A DNA stretch of 24,000 nucleotides from Staphylospora marina. Lineage in GTDB: Bacteria; Bacillota; Bacilli; Thermoactinomycetales; Thermoactinomycetaceae. Made by a program: the position numbers and the translations under genes. Positions 10,114 through 18,698 of this stretch are shown one piece after another (the stretch's first letter is position 1; each line of letters starts with the position of its first letter). The notes below the pieces were generated by a model that worked only from the letters and a program-made list of their open reading frames with translations, was not told the origin of the DNA and made no database searches. The stretch spans positions 1,810,182 to 1,834,181 of the forward strand of contig NZ_CP034118.1 in the NCBI RefSeq assembly GCF_003856495.1, given 5' to 3'.

Positions 10114-11145
10114 TTATTCTGTTTCGTACAGAGTGCTCAACCTTCTGGAGAAATCTTTGGACAAAAAGTCAATAAGATTGATGATCCGACCATAATCCAT
10201 TCGGGTCGGCCCGAGCACTCCGATGGTTCCGACGACATCCCCGACGATTCGGAACGGTGCCGAAACGATGCTGCAATCATTCACCGCTTCCAGATCATTC
10301 TCACAACCGATGCGCACCTGAACACCGTTGGAGTTCGGCTCAACCAGTTGTGCCAGAACCCCTCCGCCCTCGATCAGATCGAGCAGTGCCTTCAATTTGT
10401 GGACGTCACGAAATTCGGGCTGCTCCAGAATCCTCGTGGCACCGGTGGCATACACGCGCTCTTCGTCTTCCGCCTGGAGAATGCGGTCCAGAAGCGTGGT
10501 CAGCTTTTCGAAATGTTCCACATGCCGTTTCAGTTCTTCATAGAGTTCCTTGGCCATGACCGCCTTGATTTTGGAAAGCGGCACCCCGGCCAGCCGATGG
10601 TTCAGCAGGTTAACCAGTTTTTCCACGGAAGAAAGGGAAACTCCCTCCGGGAAGGTGACGCGTTGCTGATGAACGTGACCGCTGTCGGTCACCAGAATGG
10701 ATACGGCGAGATGATCATGCAGGGGGATGATCTGGAGGTGCTTCAGCCGGCTTTCCATTTGTTTCGGCCCGAGGATGAAAGCCACGCAATTGGTCAGGTT
10801 GGACAGGACCGCGTTGGTGTGCTTGATGACCTGTTCCAAATGATCGACCTTCATGGCGTAATATTCATGAAGCGCCATCAGATCTTCCTTGGTCCACATA
10901 TATGGCTTGAGCAGATGGTCAACGTAAAAACGGTATCCCTTTTGCGAAGGAATTCGTCCGGCAGATGTATGCGGTTGCTCGAGAAACCCCATTTCTTCCA
11001 GGTCGGCCATCTCATTTCGGATGGTCGCCGCGCTGAATCCCACGCCCTTTTTGCGGGACACCGTCCGGGATCCAACCGGCTCTGCCGAGACGATGTAATC
11101 GTCGATCACCGCCCAGAGGATCAGTCTCTGCCGCTCGGTCAACAT
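10114..11145 (-). CDS. hrcA: Heat-inducible transcription repressor HrcA
   Basis: Track ORF 10114..11160 begins at TTG. The ATG at 11145 is preceded by GGGAGGGAGG and gives MLTERQRLILWAVIDDYIVSAEPVGSRTV..IRNEMADLEEMGFLEQPHTSAGRIPSQKGYRFYVDHL, the canonical HrcA winged-helix N-terminus. A CIRCE operator lies directly upstream. Confidence 0.95.
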   Translation of the reverse strand: MLTERQRLILWAVIDDYIVSAEPVGSRTVSRKKGVGFSAATIRNEMADLEEMGFLEQPHTSAGRIPSQKGYRFYVDHLLKPYMWTKEDLMALHEYYAMKVDHLEQVIKHTNAVLSNLTNCVAFILGPKQMESRLKHLQIIPLHDHLAVSILVTDSGHVHQQRVTFPEGVSLSSVEKLVNLLNHRLAGVPLSKIKAVMAKELYEELKRHVEHFEKLTTLLDRILQAEDEERVYATGATRILEQPEFRDVHKLKALLDLIEGGGVLAQLVEPNSNGVQVRIGCENDLEAVNDCSIVSAPFRIVGDVVGTIGVLGPTRMDYGRIINLIDFLSKDFSRRLSTLYETE

Positions 11146-11163
11146 CTGCCTCCCTCCCAATTG

Positions 11164-11190
11164 TTAGCACTCTGATCCCACGAGTGCTAA
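11164..11190. promoter_or_regulatory. CIRCE operator (HrcA binding site), a perfect inverted repeat
   Basis: TTAGCACTC-tgatcccac-GAGTGCTAA is an exact match to the consensus TTAGCACTC-N9-GAGTGCTAA. It lies between the candidate -10 element and the hrcA start. Confidence 0.95.
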
Positions 11191-11202
11191 TAACCTGATT
11201 TT

Positions 11203-11231
11203 AAATTACCAAACGGCCGAAAACATGTCAA
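11203..11231 (-). promoter_or_regulatory. Sigma-A-type promoter of the hrcA-chaperonin-grpE-dnaK operon
   Basis: The minus strand reads TTGACA, a 17-nt spacer, then TGgTAATTT (extended -10). It sits immediately upstream of CIRCE and begins 8 nt after the hemW stop. Confidence 0.65.
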
Positions 11232-11238
11232 CGATCCC

Positions 11239-12390
11239 TTAAATTTCTGCGTTTCCGAGAAATGCGGCGAACACTTCGTTCCCCAGAAACAGCCCTCTAT
11301 CGGTGAGACGGATCCTGTCCCCGTCGTCATGCAGCAGGCCCGTTTCCGTCAGCCTGCGGATCACGGGACCGAACACCCGATCCAACTTCAGGCCGTACCG
11401 CTGTTCAAACCGTATGCGGCAAACCCCATCGAGCATCCGGAGTCCCAGAATCATGAAGTTCTCCATATCTTCTTCTTTTTCCACAAAAAAGGATTCCGCC
11501 ACAGGACGCTTCCCTTCCCGGATGAGACGGATATACTCCCCGACCCCTTTGATATTGGCGTGCCTGACACCGCCTACATACCCGTGGGCTCCCGTCCCGA
11601 ATCCGTAATATTCTTCGTTCTTCCAGTACACGGAGTTGTGACGGCTTTCCCGACCGGGCCGGGCGAAATTGCTCACTTCGTATTGGCGGTATCCGTTTCT
11701 CCTCAGAACCTCGATGATCAGGCGGTACATCTCCACTTCTTCCTCTTCTTCCGGCAGGGCCAACTGTCCGCGTTCATGCAAGTGATGAAACAAGGTTCCT
11801 TCTTCGATCTTGAGACTGTAGCAGGAGAAATGTCCGGGATCGAGGGCGAGCGCTTCTTCCAGGGTTTGTTCCATGTCGGACACGGTTTGTCCCGGCAAAC
11901 CGAACATCAGATCCAGAGAGAGGTTGTCAAACCCCTCTTTCCTGGCGGATTCCACACTGCGAATGATGTCTTCCTTCCCGTGAATCCGTCCGATCCGCGA
12001 AAGCAGATCCGGGCGGAAGGTTTGGGCTCCGAAACTGATTCGGTTGACCCCTCCCGCTTTCATCACTTTCAAGAGCTCGGTTCCGGTCGTTCCCGGATTG
12101 GCTTCCACCGTGAACTCCCGCTCCTCGGACCACCGGGGAAAATGTCGGGCAACGGCCTTCAGGAGACGCTCCATCTGACGGGGGGTCAACACCGTCGGCG
12201 TTCCCCCGCCGATGAACACGGTGCGGATTTCATCCGGGGGAACGTCCCGGACCGTCAGCTCCATTTCCCGTTCCAACGCATCCAGGTAATCATCCACCGG
12301 TTGTCCGTTCACCACATAAGCGGTGAAATCGCAATAATGACATTTGTTGGAACAAAACGGAATGTGAATGTAAACCGCGCGGGGCGGCAT
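11239..12390 (-). CDS. hemW: Radical SAM heme chaperone HemW (HemN-like, oxygen-independent coproporphyrinogen oxidase family; YqeR position)
   Basis: Track ORF 11239..12417, with the start refined to the ATG at 12390 (GGGAGGA 6 nt upstream). This gives MPPRAVYIHIPFCSNKCHYCDF, which contains the CxxxCxxC motif. Also present are GGGTP and the HNSVYW motif (HNxxYW). It lies between lepA and hrcA, as in Bacillus. Confidence 0.9.
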   Translation of the reverse strand: MPPRAVYIHIPFCSNKCHYCDFTAYVVNGQPVDDYLDALEREMELTVRDVPPDEIRTVFIGGGTPTVLTPRQMERLLKAVARHFPRWSEEREFTVEANPGTTGTELLKVMKAGGVNRISFGAQTFRPDLLSRIGRIHGKEDIIRSVESARKEGFDNLSLDLMFGLPGQTVSDMEQTLEEALALDPGHFSCYSLKIEEGTLFHHLHERGQLALPEEEEEVEMYRLIIEVLRRNGYRQYEVSNFARPGRESRHNSVYWKNEEYYGFGTGAHGYVGGVRHANIKGVGEYIRLIREGKRPVAESFFVEKEEDMENFMILGLRMLDGVCRIRFEQRYGLKLDRVFGPVIRRLTETGLLHDDGDRIRLTDRGLFLGNEVFAAFLGNAEI

Positions 12391-12573
12391 GTCGATTCCT
12401 CCCAGGCATAAAATCAAAGCCGCGAGCGAATACCGCAGGCGGCCGTTTTGTCACGCGCGCAAGCCGTTCGCTTTCCTCCGGGAAGAATGAAAGGCTCCGC
12501 GGCGCGCTTGCACCGGTCTTCCCTCCGTCGGAAAGCTCTTCACGCGTTTGTTTGCAGTTTTCAATCCAAACCG

Positions 12574-14391
12574 TTATTTGTCGTCATCGATTTTCAGCAC
12601 GGCCATGAACGCCTCTTGGGGCACTTCGACGGTACCGACCGCCTTCATGCGCTTTTTGCCCTCTTTCTGCTTTTCCAGGAGCTTCCGTTTCCGGCTGACG
12701 TCACCGCCGTAACATTTGGCAAGCACGTTTTTGCGCATGGCGCTGATCGTTTCGCGTGCCACCACTTTGTTGCCGATGGCCGCCTGGATCGGCACCTCGA
12801 ACATCTGCCGCGGGATGAGCTTTTTCAGCTTTTCCACCAATGCCCGTCCGCGTTGGTACGCTTTCTCGCGATGCACGATGAACGACAGGGCGTCCACCAC
12901 TTCCCCGTTCAGAAGCACGTCCATTTTGACCAGGTCCGACGGTTTGTATCCGATCAGTTCATAATCGAAAGAGGCGTATCCCTTGGTGCCGGATTTGAGC
13001 TGATCGAAAAAGTCGTACACGATCTCGGCCAGCGGAAGCTCGTAGATCAGGTTGACCCGGTTGGTGTCGAGATAGTTCATGTCCACATACTGACCGCGTT
13101 TCCCCTGACAAATCTCCATCACCGCACCCACGTATTCGTTGGGGACCATGATGCTTGCGCGGACATAAGGTTCCTCGACACGTTCGATCTTCTGCTGCGG
13201 AGGCATGCGGGTCGGATTTTCGATTTCAACAACCGTTCCGTCCGTTTGGTGGACTTTGTACACCACGCTCGGAGCGGTGGTGATGAGTTGAATGCCGAAT
13301 TCCCGTTCCAGCCGTTCCTGGATGATCTCCATGTGCAAAAGCCCCAGGAATCCGCAGCGGAACCCGAAACCGAGTGCCGTGGACGTCTCCGGCTCATAGG
13401 AAAGCGACGCATCATTCAGCTCCAGCTTTTCAAGTGCCTCCCGGAGATCGTCGTATTCCGAGGAATCCACCGGATAAAGTCCGCAGAACACCATGGGGTT
13501 GATTTTCCGGTAGCCCGGCAGCGGTTCGGGAGCGGGACGGTCCGCATCGGTGATCGTGTCCCCCACCCGGGTGTCTTTCACGTTTTTGATGTTCGCGCAA
13601 ACGTAACCGACCTCGCCCACCGTGAGCTCATCCATTTCCTTCTGGTGCGGGGTGTATGCGCCCACTTCGGTCACTTCGTACGTCTTGCCCGTGGCCATCA
13701 GCTTGATCCGCATTCCCTTTTTGATGGTGCCGTCCACCACGCGCATGTAGATGATCACGCCTTTGTACGGATCGTACAATGAGTCGAAAATGAGCGCGCG
13801 AAGAGGAGCATCCGGATCCCCCGACGGCGGCGGCACTTTTTCCACGATCTGTTCCAGAATTTCTTCGATCCCGATGCCTGTCTTGGCAGACGCCAATACC
13901 GCATCGCCGGCATCCAGGCCGATCACATCTTCGATCTCCTGACGGACGCGCTCGGGGTCGGCACTCGGCAGGTCGATTTTATTGATAACGGGAATGATCT
14001 CCAGCTCGCTTTCCAGCGCCAGGTACACGTTGGCAAGCGTCTGCGCTTCCACTCCCTGCGCCGCATCCACCACGAGCAGGGCACCTTCGCACGCCTGAAG
14101 ACTTCGGGACACTTCGTACGTGAAATCAACGTGACCGGGCGTGTCGATCAGATTGAGCACATATTCCTTCCCGTCCTTGGCTTTGTAGGGAAGCCTGACG
14201 GACTGGAGCTTGATGGTGATGCCCCGTTCCCGCTCCAAGTCCATCTTGTCAAGGAACTGGTTTTGCTTTTCCCGTTCACTGAGTGCTCCGGTGATCTCGA
14301 GAATCCGGTCGGCCAACGTGGATTTCCCGTGGTCGATATGCGCGATGATCGAGAAGTTTCGAATCATTTTCTGACGCTCTTTTTTGTCCAT
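12574..14391 (-). CDS. lepA: Translation elongation factor 4 (LepA)
   Basis: 605-aa ORF. It begins [32 protein letters not shown] (G1 motif AHIDHGKS), with [13 protein letters not shown] and the LepA-specific C-terminal domain (..[24 protein letters not shown]..). Confidence 0.97.
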   Translation of the reverse strand: MDKKERQKMIRNFSIIAHIDHGKSTLADRILEITGALSEREKQNQFLDKMDLERERGITIKLQSVRLPYKAKDGKEYVLNLIDTPGHVDFTYEVSRSLQACEGALLVVDAAQGVEAQTLANVYLALESELEIIPVINKIDLPSADPERVRQEIEDVIGLDAGDAVLASAKTGIGIEEILEQIVEKVPPPSGDPDAPLRALIFDSLYDPYKGVIIYMRVVDGTIKKGMRIKLMATGKTYEVTEVGAYTPHQKEMDELTVGEVGYVCANIKNVKDTRVGDTITDADRPAPEPLPGYRKINPMVFCGLYPVDSSEYDDLREALEKLELNDASLSYEPETSTALGFGFRCGFLGLLHMEIIQERLEREFGIQLITTAPSVVYKVHQTDGTVVEIENPTRMPPQQKIERVEEPYVRASIMVPNEYVGAVMEICQGKRGQYVDMNYLDTNRVNLIYELPLAEIVYDFFDQLKSGTKGYASFDYELIGYKPSDLVKMDVLLNGEVVDALSFIVHREKAYQRGRALVEKLKKLIPRQMFEVPIQAAIGNKVVARETISAMRKNVLAKCYGGDVSRKRKLLEKQKEGKKRMKAVGTVEVPQEAFMAVLKIDDDK

Positions 14392-14441
14392 TCCCGCTTC
14401 ATTCCCTCCCGAAAAAACAAAACGAAACCATGCATCGATTA

Positions 14442-14471
14442 ATTATACCAGCGCAAGCGACGATTCTTCAA
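14442..14471 (-). promoter_or_regulatory. Sigma-A-type promoter for lepA
   Basis: The minus strand reads TTGAAG, an 18-nt spacer, then TGgTATAAT (extended, perfect -10). It is about 50 nt upstream of the lepA ATG and just downstream of the yqxA-like terminator. Confidence 0.65.
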
Positions 14472-14500
14472 TGAAATTCCGCGCTTCCGCCGGTTTCCGG

Positions 14501-14528
14501 AAACAAAAAAAGGAGTCGGAGGACTCCT
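14501..14528 (-). terminator. Rho-independent terminator ending the spoIIP/yqxA-like unit
   Basis: The minus strand reads AGGAGUC-CUCC-GACUCCU followed by UUUUUUUGUUU. Confidence 0.75.
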
Positions 14529-14541
14529 GAAACGGGCGGAA

Positions 14542-14579
14542 ATCCGTGGTGCGGGCCCCCAAGGACCCGCACCACGGAT
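14542..14579. other. Perfect 14-bp GC-rich inverted repeat (stem-loop) between the yqxA-like stop and its terminator
   Basis: ATCCGTGGTGCGGG - cccccaagga - CCCGCACCACGGAT. There is no U-tract on either strand. Confidence 0.8.
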
Positions 14580-14662
14580 CCGTTCGTCGATCCACTGTCC
14601 GGCCATCCTCACCGGTGCGTTTGTCATCGCACGGACAGCAAACCGGTCCGGGCGGGAAAGCG

Positions 14663-15025
14663 TCACCGGTCTTCCATCATCCATTCGATCAGCCAGCCGC
14701 TGATTCCCCGAACCGAATCACGTACGACCGTCCCGACGTGGTTCAGCAAAGTGGCCAGCACATTGCCGCTTTCACGAACTTTGCTGACGGCTTGCCGGAC
14801 TTTTTCCGGGTCGGCCTCGGGCACCGGACTCATGGTTTGGACATTTTGCCCAAGGACGGCGATCTCGATCCGACCGTCCTTGGGAGTGATCTGAATGGCT
14901 CTGGCGGCTCCGTCCAATCCTTGCATTTCCTGCATGTTCTTCTCTGCGGCGTTCACGCCGATGGCCATGCCGATCAGGAGCATGCCGACCAATCCGATGA
15001 TTCGAACCGCTGCGCCCATGTTCAT
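14663..15025 (-). CDS. Small membrane protein, YqxA-like (DUF3679-type) by position and architecture
   Basis: 120-aa ORF whose ATG overlaps the spoIIP stop (ATGA). It has one N-terminal hydrophobic helix (AAVRIIGLVGMLLIGMAIGV). It occupies the spoIIP-yqxA-lepA slot known from Bacillus subtilis. The family assignment comes from synteny and memory, not from a search. Confidence 0.6.
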   Translation of the reverse strand: MNMGAAVRIIGLVGMLLIGMAIGVNAAEKNMQEMQGLDGAARAIQITPKDGRIEIAVLGQNVQTMSPVPEADPEKVRQAVSKVRESGNVLATLLNHVGTVVRDSVRGISGWLIEWMMEDR

Positions 15026-16185
15026 CGATCCCCCCGTCCGGAAGCGGGCCGGCCGATGACCGGTTCCGCGTCGTGAATCCGCTCGGCAACCACCCTGGCC
15101 AGAATCTCCACCGAGCGGAAGGCCTCCTCAAATGTGTTGTCCACGCCTCCCACTTCCACGAGCATGCTGTCGGGAGAGAGAGATTGATTGTATTCCCCGT
15201 TGTTTTTGCCGCCTTCCCGTTCCTTGGTGATCACCGCTTTGGAGAGTCCCGGAACGAGTTGGTTGATCCGCTGATGCATCTCCCTGGCCAGACGCAAATT
15301 CTCTTCATAGTTTTTACTGGAACGGCCCACCACAAACGCCAGCCTGGCATATGTCTTTCCGCCTACGGTGATGGTGGTCTTGTCCCTCCGGTTCGAATCC
15401 CGGTGAAGATCGATCAACACGCGGGCCCGCGGATGACGTTGCATCACTTCCTGCACCATTTTCCTTGATTTTTGATAGGAGTTGGCCCAAGTGTACGTTC
15501 GTTGGGTGGTGATCGCCCCGATGCCCAGCTTTTCGAATTCGGCCGCCAAATGCTTGGAAACGAGGGTGATGTTCTTGTTCAGATCGCTGGCCTGATTCGG
15601 GTTTTTCTTCCCGATTTCCGGGAGATAAGATTCCCAGAAGTGCGTGTTGTAGATGATCACCTGTTTTTCCGTGTTGCCCGGTGTTACGGGCTCTTTCGGT
15701 TTTTCCGGCTTTTTTTCTTCTTGTTCCATGGCTTTGATGATCTCCCGCTCCAATTCCGGAGGAGGGGGAGATTCGATGGGAATCGATGTATAATCCACAC
15801 CGGCGCTGGCCATGTCGATCTCGCTGTCAAAAAGAGCAAAAAGCGGCAACTCTCTTCCGAGGAAGGTCCGGGGATCCCGGAAATTCACGCTCGTGGCGGC
15901 TTCAAACACGATGCGACCGACGATTTCATCCATCCCGGACAATCCGTTCGTCTCCCTGAGATACGGAATGTTTTCCGCCATGATCATGATCAGGGTCCGA
16001 GGGGAAATGTGGGACGTCACTTTGCCGAGGTCGGTGGCTCTCATGCTCCGTTCCGCCTGAATCATGGCAAACGTTCCGACAAACGCGAAAATGACCGCCG
16101 CCGACAGAAACAGCATCACAAAGGCGCGACGGATTCCCGGTTTCGACATGTTGTAAGCGGTGAATCCGCGAAATCCCTTCCTCAT
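15022..16185 (-). CDS. spoIIP: Stage II sporulation protein P (SpoIIP, engulfment cell-wall hydrolase)
   Basis: Track ORF 15022..16191 begins at GTG. The ATG at 16185 has GAGGGA 7 nt upstream. It has an N-terminal TM segment, a Pro/Glu/Lys-rich linker, and the SpoIIP amidase-like core (VIIYNTHFWESY..LIDLHRDS..ARLAFVVGR..YNQSLSPDSMLVEVGG). It lies downstream of gpr, as in Bacillus. Confidence 0.9.
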   Translation of the reverse strand: MRKGFRGFTAYNMSKPGIRRAFVMLFLSAAVIFAFVGTFAMIQAERSMRATDLGKVTSHISPRTLIMIMAENIPYLRETNGLSGMDEIVGRIVFEAATSVNFRDPRTFLGRELPLFALFDSEIDMASAGVDYTSIPIESPPPPELEREIIKAMEQEEKKPEKPKEPVTPGNTEKQVIIYNTHFWESYLPEIGKKNPNQASDLNKNITLVSKHLAAEFEKLGIGAITTQRTYTWANSYQKSRKMVQEVMQRHPRARVLIDLHRDSNRRDKTTITVGGKTYARLAFVVGRSSKNYEENLRLAREMHQRINQLVPGLSKAVITKEREGGKNNGEYNQSLSPDSMLVEVGGVDNTFEEAFRSVEILARVVAERIHDAEPVIGRPASGRGDR

Positions 16186-16287
16186 GGTCACGTCCCTCTC
16201 TTTTCGCCCCTCCGGGCTTGTCTTGCTTTCAATCTATGAAAAAGAGAGGGTTGTTTAGAACACCGGACATAGAGTCGATGGCGGTTC

Positions 16288-16314
16288 AAAAAAGAAAAAA
16301 CCGCCTGAGCGGTC
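16288..16314 (-). terminator. Rho-independent terminator after gpr
   Basis: The minus strand reads (G)ACCGC-UCAG-GCGGU followed by UUUUUCUUUUUU, about 130 nt downstream of the gpr stop. A further CCGGAA-ACCC-UUCCGG hairpin at 16429-16444 directly abuts the stop. Confidence 0.7.
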
Positions 16315-16445
16315 GTGTGACAAAGCCCGTATGAAAGCCGCCGGCCGCATTTGCAAGCAACAGACAGGAGCGGATTCAGCCCGGTTCTTCTTCAGGAGCG
16401 GCGGGCCATCGATTCTTTGTTACATGATCCGGAAGGGTTTCCGGC

Positions 16446-17564
16446 CTACTCCACGTGGGACGCCACATTGCCCATGTTGACGGCTTCATGCAAGGCGCAG
16501 TTGACCCCGTTGGCGATCAATTTGGCCATGTTGGCGATGAAATCGTCCACTTCCTTCGGCGTGACGATCAGGTTTTGACCCAGCGGAGACAGCACTTCGT
16601 GAATCAGCCGGCGCTTTTCATCCTCCGGGAGATTTCCGACCAAGCCCAACATCTTTTGCCCCGTTTCCGGATCCACGGTGTGGGATTGCAATTCTTTCAC
16701 CGTGGCACCCCCGTTCGGATTGAGCGGATGCGACGGGGCCCCCGACATTTCCCGGCTCAGATGGGAAAGGACGTAATGGATGGCATCATGGGCGATGGTG
16801 ACCGCATCCACCACGGTGGGCACGCCGACCGCAATCACCGGAACCCCCAGCGTTTCCCGGTTGAGAGCTTTTCGTCTGTTGCCGACTCCCGACCCGGGAT
16901 GGATTCCCGTGTCAGCCACCTGAATGGTGGTGTTCACCCTGGAAAGAGCCCTGGACGCCAAAGAGTCAAAAGCGATCACAAAATCCGGCTTCGATTTTTC
17001 GACCACCCCCTGCACGATTTCACTGGTCTCGATCCCCGTGATCCCGAGCACGCCGGGGGAGATGGCACTGACGCTGCGATATCCCTCCTGCACGTCTTCC
17101 GGGGCCAGACGAAACAAATGGCGCGTCACCATGGTGTGTTTCACCACCAGCGGTCCCAGCGCGTCCGCCGTGACGTTCCAGTTTCCCAATCCCACGATCA
17201 GGCATTTGGCATCCGGAGCGATTCCCACTTCCTCCAAAAACCGGGCAAATTCCTTCGCGAACAGCTCGGTGACCCGTTTTTCCAACATGGAATCCCGGGA
17301 TCGCAGCCCGGGCGCCTCCAACGTGAGATAGGTTCCCGGAACCTTCCCCATTTCGCCGGCACCTTCCCCCTCTTCAATCCACATCCAGCTGACGGTCACT
17401 CCGTCCTCCACGCGCTCATCCACCCGTACTCCCGGAATCTCCGTGTCTTGCCCGCGCCGGGCAACGGCCATGGCATGCGCTTCCCGGGCAAGGTCCGTCC
17501 GGATGGGAAACCCGGGCAACTTCAAATCGTGGATCCCGCTCATCTGATCACTTCCTTTCCGCAT
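16446..17564 (-). CDS. gpr: Germination protease GPR (spore SASP endopeptidase)
   Basis: Track ORF 16446..17567. The ATG at 17564 follows AGGGGGTGA; the ATG at codon 9 is an alternative start. The sequence strongly resembles GPR: RTDLAREA, YLTLEAPGLR, CLIVGLGNWNVTADALGP, TRHLF, VSAISPGVLGITGIETSEIV, KPDFVIAFDSLA, VNTTIQVADTGIHPGSGVGN, LGVPVIAVGVPTVVDA, LIHEVLSPLGQNLIVTPKEVD. Confidence 0.93.
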   Translation of the reverse strand: MRKGSDQMSGIHDLKLPGFPIRTDLAREAHAMAVARRGQDTEIPGVRVDERVEDGVTVSWMWIEEGEGAGEMGKVPGTYLTLEAPGLRSRDSMLEKRVTELFAKEFARFLEEVGIAPDAKCLIVGLGNWNVTADALGPLVVKHTMVTRHLFRLAPEDVQEGYRSVSAISPGVLGITGIETSEIVQGVVEKSKPDFVIAFDSLASRALSRVNTTIQVADTGIHPGSGVGNRRKALNRETLGVPVIAVGVPTVVDAVTIAHDAIHYVLSHLSREMSGAPSHPLNPNGGATVKELQSHTVDPETGQKMLGLVGNLPEDEKRRLIHEVLSPLGQNLIVTPKEVDDFIANMAKLIANGVNCALHEAVNMGNVASHVE

Positions 17565-17622
17565 CACTCACCCCCTATTGTTGAATGGCCGTTGCCCGTT
17601 TATTCTTCAATGTGCGGCATTG

Positions 17623-17651
17623 TTGCTTTTTGACTGATCACGTGCTAGAAT
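17623..17651 (+). promoter_or_regulatory. Candidate sigma-A promoter for rpsT
   Basis: TTGCTT, a 17-nt spacer, then TGcTAGAAT (extended -10), about 55 nt upstream of the rpsT start. Confidence 0.5.
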
Positions 17652-17706
17652 AGTCCATGTTGCACGAAATGGGGATGCGGAACCCACTGTCCGGGAGGTG
17701 AAACTG

Positions 17707-17976
17707 TTGGCAAACATCAAATCGGCGATCAAACGGGCCAAAACGAACGAAATCCGTCGCGCCCGCAGAGCTTCCCAAAAATCGGCCATGCGGACGTCCG
17801 TGAAGAAGTTCCTGGTCGCCCTGGAACAAAACCAGGACAACGCAGCGGAACTCCTGCAACAGGCTACCCGCGCTCTGGACAAGGCCGTGACCAAAGGCCT
17901 GATCCACAAAAACGCAGCGGCACGGAAAAAATCCCGCCTGATGAAAAAATTCAACGCCGTCAAGGCACAGGCTTGA
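17707..17976 (+). CDS. rpsT: 30S ribosomal protein S20
   Basis: The track ORF begins at the GTG at 17698, which lies inside the Shine-Dalgarno GGGAGGTGA. The TTG at 17707 (6-nt spacer) gives the canonical (M)[14 protein letters not shown].. N-terminus. The protein is basic and about 89 aa, and it is divergent from gpr as in Bacillus. Confidence 0.92.
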   Translation: MANIKSAIKRAKTNEIRRARRASQKSAMRTSVKKFLVALEQNQDNAAELLQQATRALDKAVTKGLIHKNAAARKKSRLMKKFNAVKAQA

Positions 17977-17998
17977 TAGCATTCATACGCCGCGAAGC

Positions 17999-18024
17999 CG
18001 ACCCATCCGATGGGTCGCTTTTTT
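17999..18024 (+). terminator. Rho-independent terminator of rpsT
   Basis: CGACCCAU-CCG-AUGGGUCG followed by CUUUUUUG. It ends 1 nt before the stop codon of the convergent minus-strand gene. Confidence 0.75.
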
Positions 18025-18025
18025 G

Positions 18026-18643
18026 TTATCCGGACTTTTCGCCCGTCAGTTTTCTCGCCGTGGCACTGGTCTGTACCTCTTTTTCGTCGGGGAACGTTCC
18101 GAATAGCCGGTCGCACACGCTGTGCGTCACTCCGAACCAGTAACGTTCGTTTTTGAAATGATGAAGCAAGTGTTGCCGCTTGAGCCTCCTCCCCCATTTG
18201 GTGATCGGTCTGACGGGCCTGTGGGCCACATAATGCGTCCACTCGTAATGAAGCAATCCGAGAACCGAACCGGCGGTCAAAAGCAGCGCCCATCCCCATG
18301 AATCGGTGAGCCACAGGGTGACGGCGCCGACCAGAATCAGCTGGGGTCCGCTGTACCAAATCGGCAGGAACAGGAGCTTCAGATCATCCGGTCGTTCGTG
18401 GTGATCATAATGCAGGCGGCGAAGCAGCTTGAACAGAACGGGATGTTTGGGAGGCGACATGTGAAACACAAAGCGGTGAGTGGCGTATTCCATTGCGGAA
18501 AACAAAAGCGCGCCGACCGGTATGCCCAACCACGCCCGCCCGGTCCCGGAAACAAGGAAACCGGACACCACCAATACGGGAAAAGCGAGACTGAGGATCA
18601 GAATGTCGGGAAACAGAAAAAACTCTTTCCATGCCCTTCTCAT
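18026..18643 (-). CDS. Fatty acid hydroxylase / sterol desaturase superfamily integral membrane protein (di-iron His-box enzyme)
   Basis: 205-aa ORF with about 4 hydrophobic segments and His boxes HRFVFH, HYDHH, HYVAH and HLLHH. The ATG at 18643 has AAGGGA 6 nt upstream. The substrate cannot be inferred from the sequence. Confidence 0.7.
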   Translation of the reverse strand: MRRAWKEFFLFPDILILSLAFPVLVVSGFLVSGTGRAWLGIPVGALLFSAMEYATHRFVFHMSPPKHPVLFKLLRRLHYDHHERPDDLKLLFLPIWYSGPQLILVGAVTLWLTDSWGWALLLTAGSVLGLLHYEWTHYVAHRPVRPITKWGRRLKRQHLLHHFKNERYWFGVTHSVCDRLFGTFPDEKEVQTSATARKLTGEKSG

Positions 18644-18689
18644 GTTTCATCCCTTCTCCTGACCGAATTTTCGGAACCATCCTGGTTTT

Positions 18690-18698
18690 ATTCTATCA
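18690..18698 (-). promoter_or_regulatory. Candidate extended -10 promoter (TGaTAGAAT) for the hydroxylase-family gene
   Basis: The minus strand reads TGATAGAAT directly after the MFS terminator U-tract. No convincing -35 element is present. Confidence 0.35.

Noticed and set aside
10131-10139. A CIRCE-like half-site (GAGTGCTCA on the plus strand, TTGAGCACTC on the minus strand) near the 3' end of hrcA, which could have been a second operator in front of the chaperonin gene.
   Set aside because: It has one extra base relative to the consensus half-site. No partner half-site occurs 9 nt away (the sequence there is cagaataaa). It also lies inside the hrcA coding sequence (..STLYETE).
12391-12573. 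The 183-bp GC-rich lepA-hemW spacer contains several short complementary segments (GGGAAGA..TCTTCCC, AGCGAA..TTCGCT) and a T-rich stretch before the hemW ribosome-binding site. I considered it as a terminator, riboswitch or small RNA.
   Set aside because: I could not derive a single convincing helix followed by a U-tract, nor any known riboswitch core motif. I also found no promoter hexamers with proper spacing. It is left unassigned rather than over-called.
16231-16264. A sigma-E-like -10 element (CATAGATT) upstream of spoIIP.
   Set aside because: The corresponding -35 region (GTTCTAAAC) does not match the ATATT-type sigma-E -35 that I remember. A -10 match alone is not enough to call a promoter.
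17568-17640. A forespore (sigma-F/sigma-G) promoter for gpr. GAATA..CATTCAA and AACAATA are present on the minus strand.
   Set aside because: Their spacing does not fit the GNATR-17/18-CATNNTA geometry. The implied transcription start would also fall inside the Shine-Dalgarno. The promoter remains unidentified.
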